A stretch of 63,887 nucleotides of DNA, the filler included, from Lama guanicoe (taxonomy: Eukaryota), in assembly GCA_013239625.1 (NCBI GenBank). It is 183 parts of 183 records of this genome, joined end to end, with 100 filler letters (N's around TTAATTAATTAA, not from the genome) between each part and the next. Parts side by side here need not be neighbours in the genome. Positions count along the whole stretch, not along the records: positions 62,938 to 63,187 come from PNXV01048347.1; positions 63,288 to 63,537 come from PNXV01048348.1; positions 63,638 to 63,887 come from PNXV01048349.1; 180 more parts are not named here. One strand, given 5' to 3'. The notes beneath the pieces are model-generated. The model saw only the letters and a program-made list of their open reading frames with translations. It ran no database searches and was not told the origin of the DNA. The position numbers were made by a program, and so were the translations under genes. Positions 62,838-63,887 of the stretch are shown here, one piece after another. How positions within the stretch are numbered: position 1 is the first letter of the stretch; each line of letters begins with the position of its first letter.

Positions 62838-63887
62838 NNNNNNNNNNNNNNNNNNNNNNNNNNNNNNNNNNNNNNNNNNNNTTAATTAATTAANNNNNNN
62901 NNNNNNNNNNNNNNNNNNNNNNNNNNNNNNNNNNNNNCCCCCCCACGCCCACTCCCCATAATTGCTGAGAAGCAGAGAAAGTGCCTGGGAGGGGCCAGGG
63001 CCGGATGGGAAAGCAATGAGTCGCCCGCAGTGGGGGCGGGGGATTCCGGGCTCCAAATTCAGGTCTTGATACAAGCTTGTTGGAGCTCTGCCCAACCTTC
63101 CTGGCCTCAGTTTCCTTGGGATGAAACAAGTGAACCCAATACGACCCCCTCCAGCTGGAACACCTGCGGTTACACGTGTTGCTCCTCNNNNNNNNNNNNN
63201 NNNNNNNNNNNNNNNNNNNNNNNNNNNNNNNTTAATTAATTAANNNNNNNNNNNNNNNNNNNNNNNNNNNNNNNNNNNNNNNNNNNNAAAGGGTAAGGGA
63301 GGGAAATAAACATTTCATCCTTGTGTTAATGGTTAAAAATGAAAGTATCTTGCTTTTCAAAGGGATGGAGTCATTTGGAGAAAAATCAAATAACTATCAT
63401 AATTCTTTTTTCTATAGTCACTTTTTATTTGAAGCCATGAGACAGTCTACCCTTGATAACTTGCTAACAGTCAGAATCCATTACTATTAGCCTTTTCTGA
63501 GGCCAACATATTGTTATGAAAGTAATTTTTATTGCTTNNNNNNNNNNNNNNNNNNNNNNNNNNNNNNNNNNNNNNNNNNNNTTAATTAATTAANNNNNNN
63601 NNNNNNNNNNNNNNNNNNNNNNNNNNNNNNNNNNNNNCTTGACTAGAATTTTGCCCTTTGGAGAAAGGAGGGGGAAGGTGGTTTAGGTAAGGGAGTTAGC
63701 AGAGTGAACAGGAAAATGGAGCTGTGAAAGTAGGAATGGTTATTTAAATGATAGGAGAATAGCATACATGGAAATAAAGATACCTGTATGCTTGTTGCCA
63801 GATGCGGAGATACAGTGGTAAAAAGGTGTACTTAGGCATCAGGTTGCCCGGCTGTGAATCTCAGTTCTTCCATTTACTAGCTGTATG

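Noticed and set aside
425..63239. The many 60-99 aa ORFs in the provided track
   Set aside because: Most reach the length threshold only by reading through N-runs and end in linker-derived LIN or N. Apart from VPS26A and L1 pieces they show no recognisable protein similarity.
250..63637. CRISPR-like array or natural regularly interspaced repeat (constant TTAATTAATTAA with ~250-bp unique spacers)
   Set aside because: The repeat is embedded in fixed N-runs and is a six-frame stop linker. The spacers are mammalian repeats and gene fragments of sorted length, and there are no cas genes.

Overview
This window is not a contiguous locus. It is an artificial concatenation of 183 unrelated mini-contigs: 52 of 249 bp, then 131 of about 250 bp (eight of these are 1-3 bp shorter). 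They are joined by 182 identical 100-bp linkers, N44-TTAATTAATTAA-N44, whose palindromic core puts a stop codon in all six frames. This looks like a size-sorted bin of unplaced contigs from a short-read mammalian assembly. A tRNA-derived SINE with an ACCTAATTAC tail suggests a camelid (inference). Adjacency between fragments has no biological meaning, and most ORF-track entries ending in X...LIN are linker artefacts. Most fragments are anonymous intronic or intergenic DNA or pieces of L1, L2, MIR, MER and LTR repeats. Recognisable gene material comprises: a TRAV9-like T-cell receptor alpha V gene (leader exon, intron, start of V exon); a diverged, probably processed VPS26A copy; two paralogous ankyrin exons of the ANKRD26/POTE type; the EGLN1 (PHD2) GC-rich 5'UTR with two 3-codon uORFs; and a probable RALGPS2 non-coding first exon with (CGG)8. 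Also present are a heptamer satellite, a 39-bp G-rich minisatellite, and two contig pairs that are exact de Bruijn bubbles with 49-bp identical flanks. Gene and repeat identifications rest on recalled reference sequences and need BLAST/RepeatMasker confirmation. I found no support for a novel multi-gene system or a CRISPR array.
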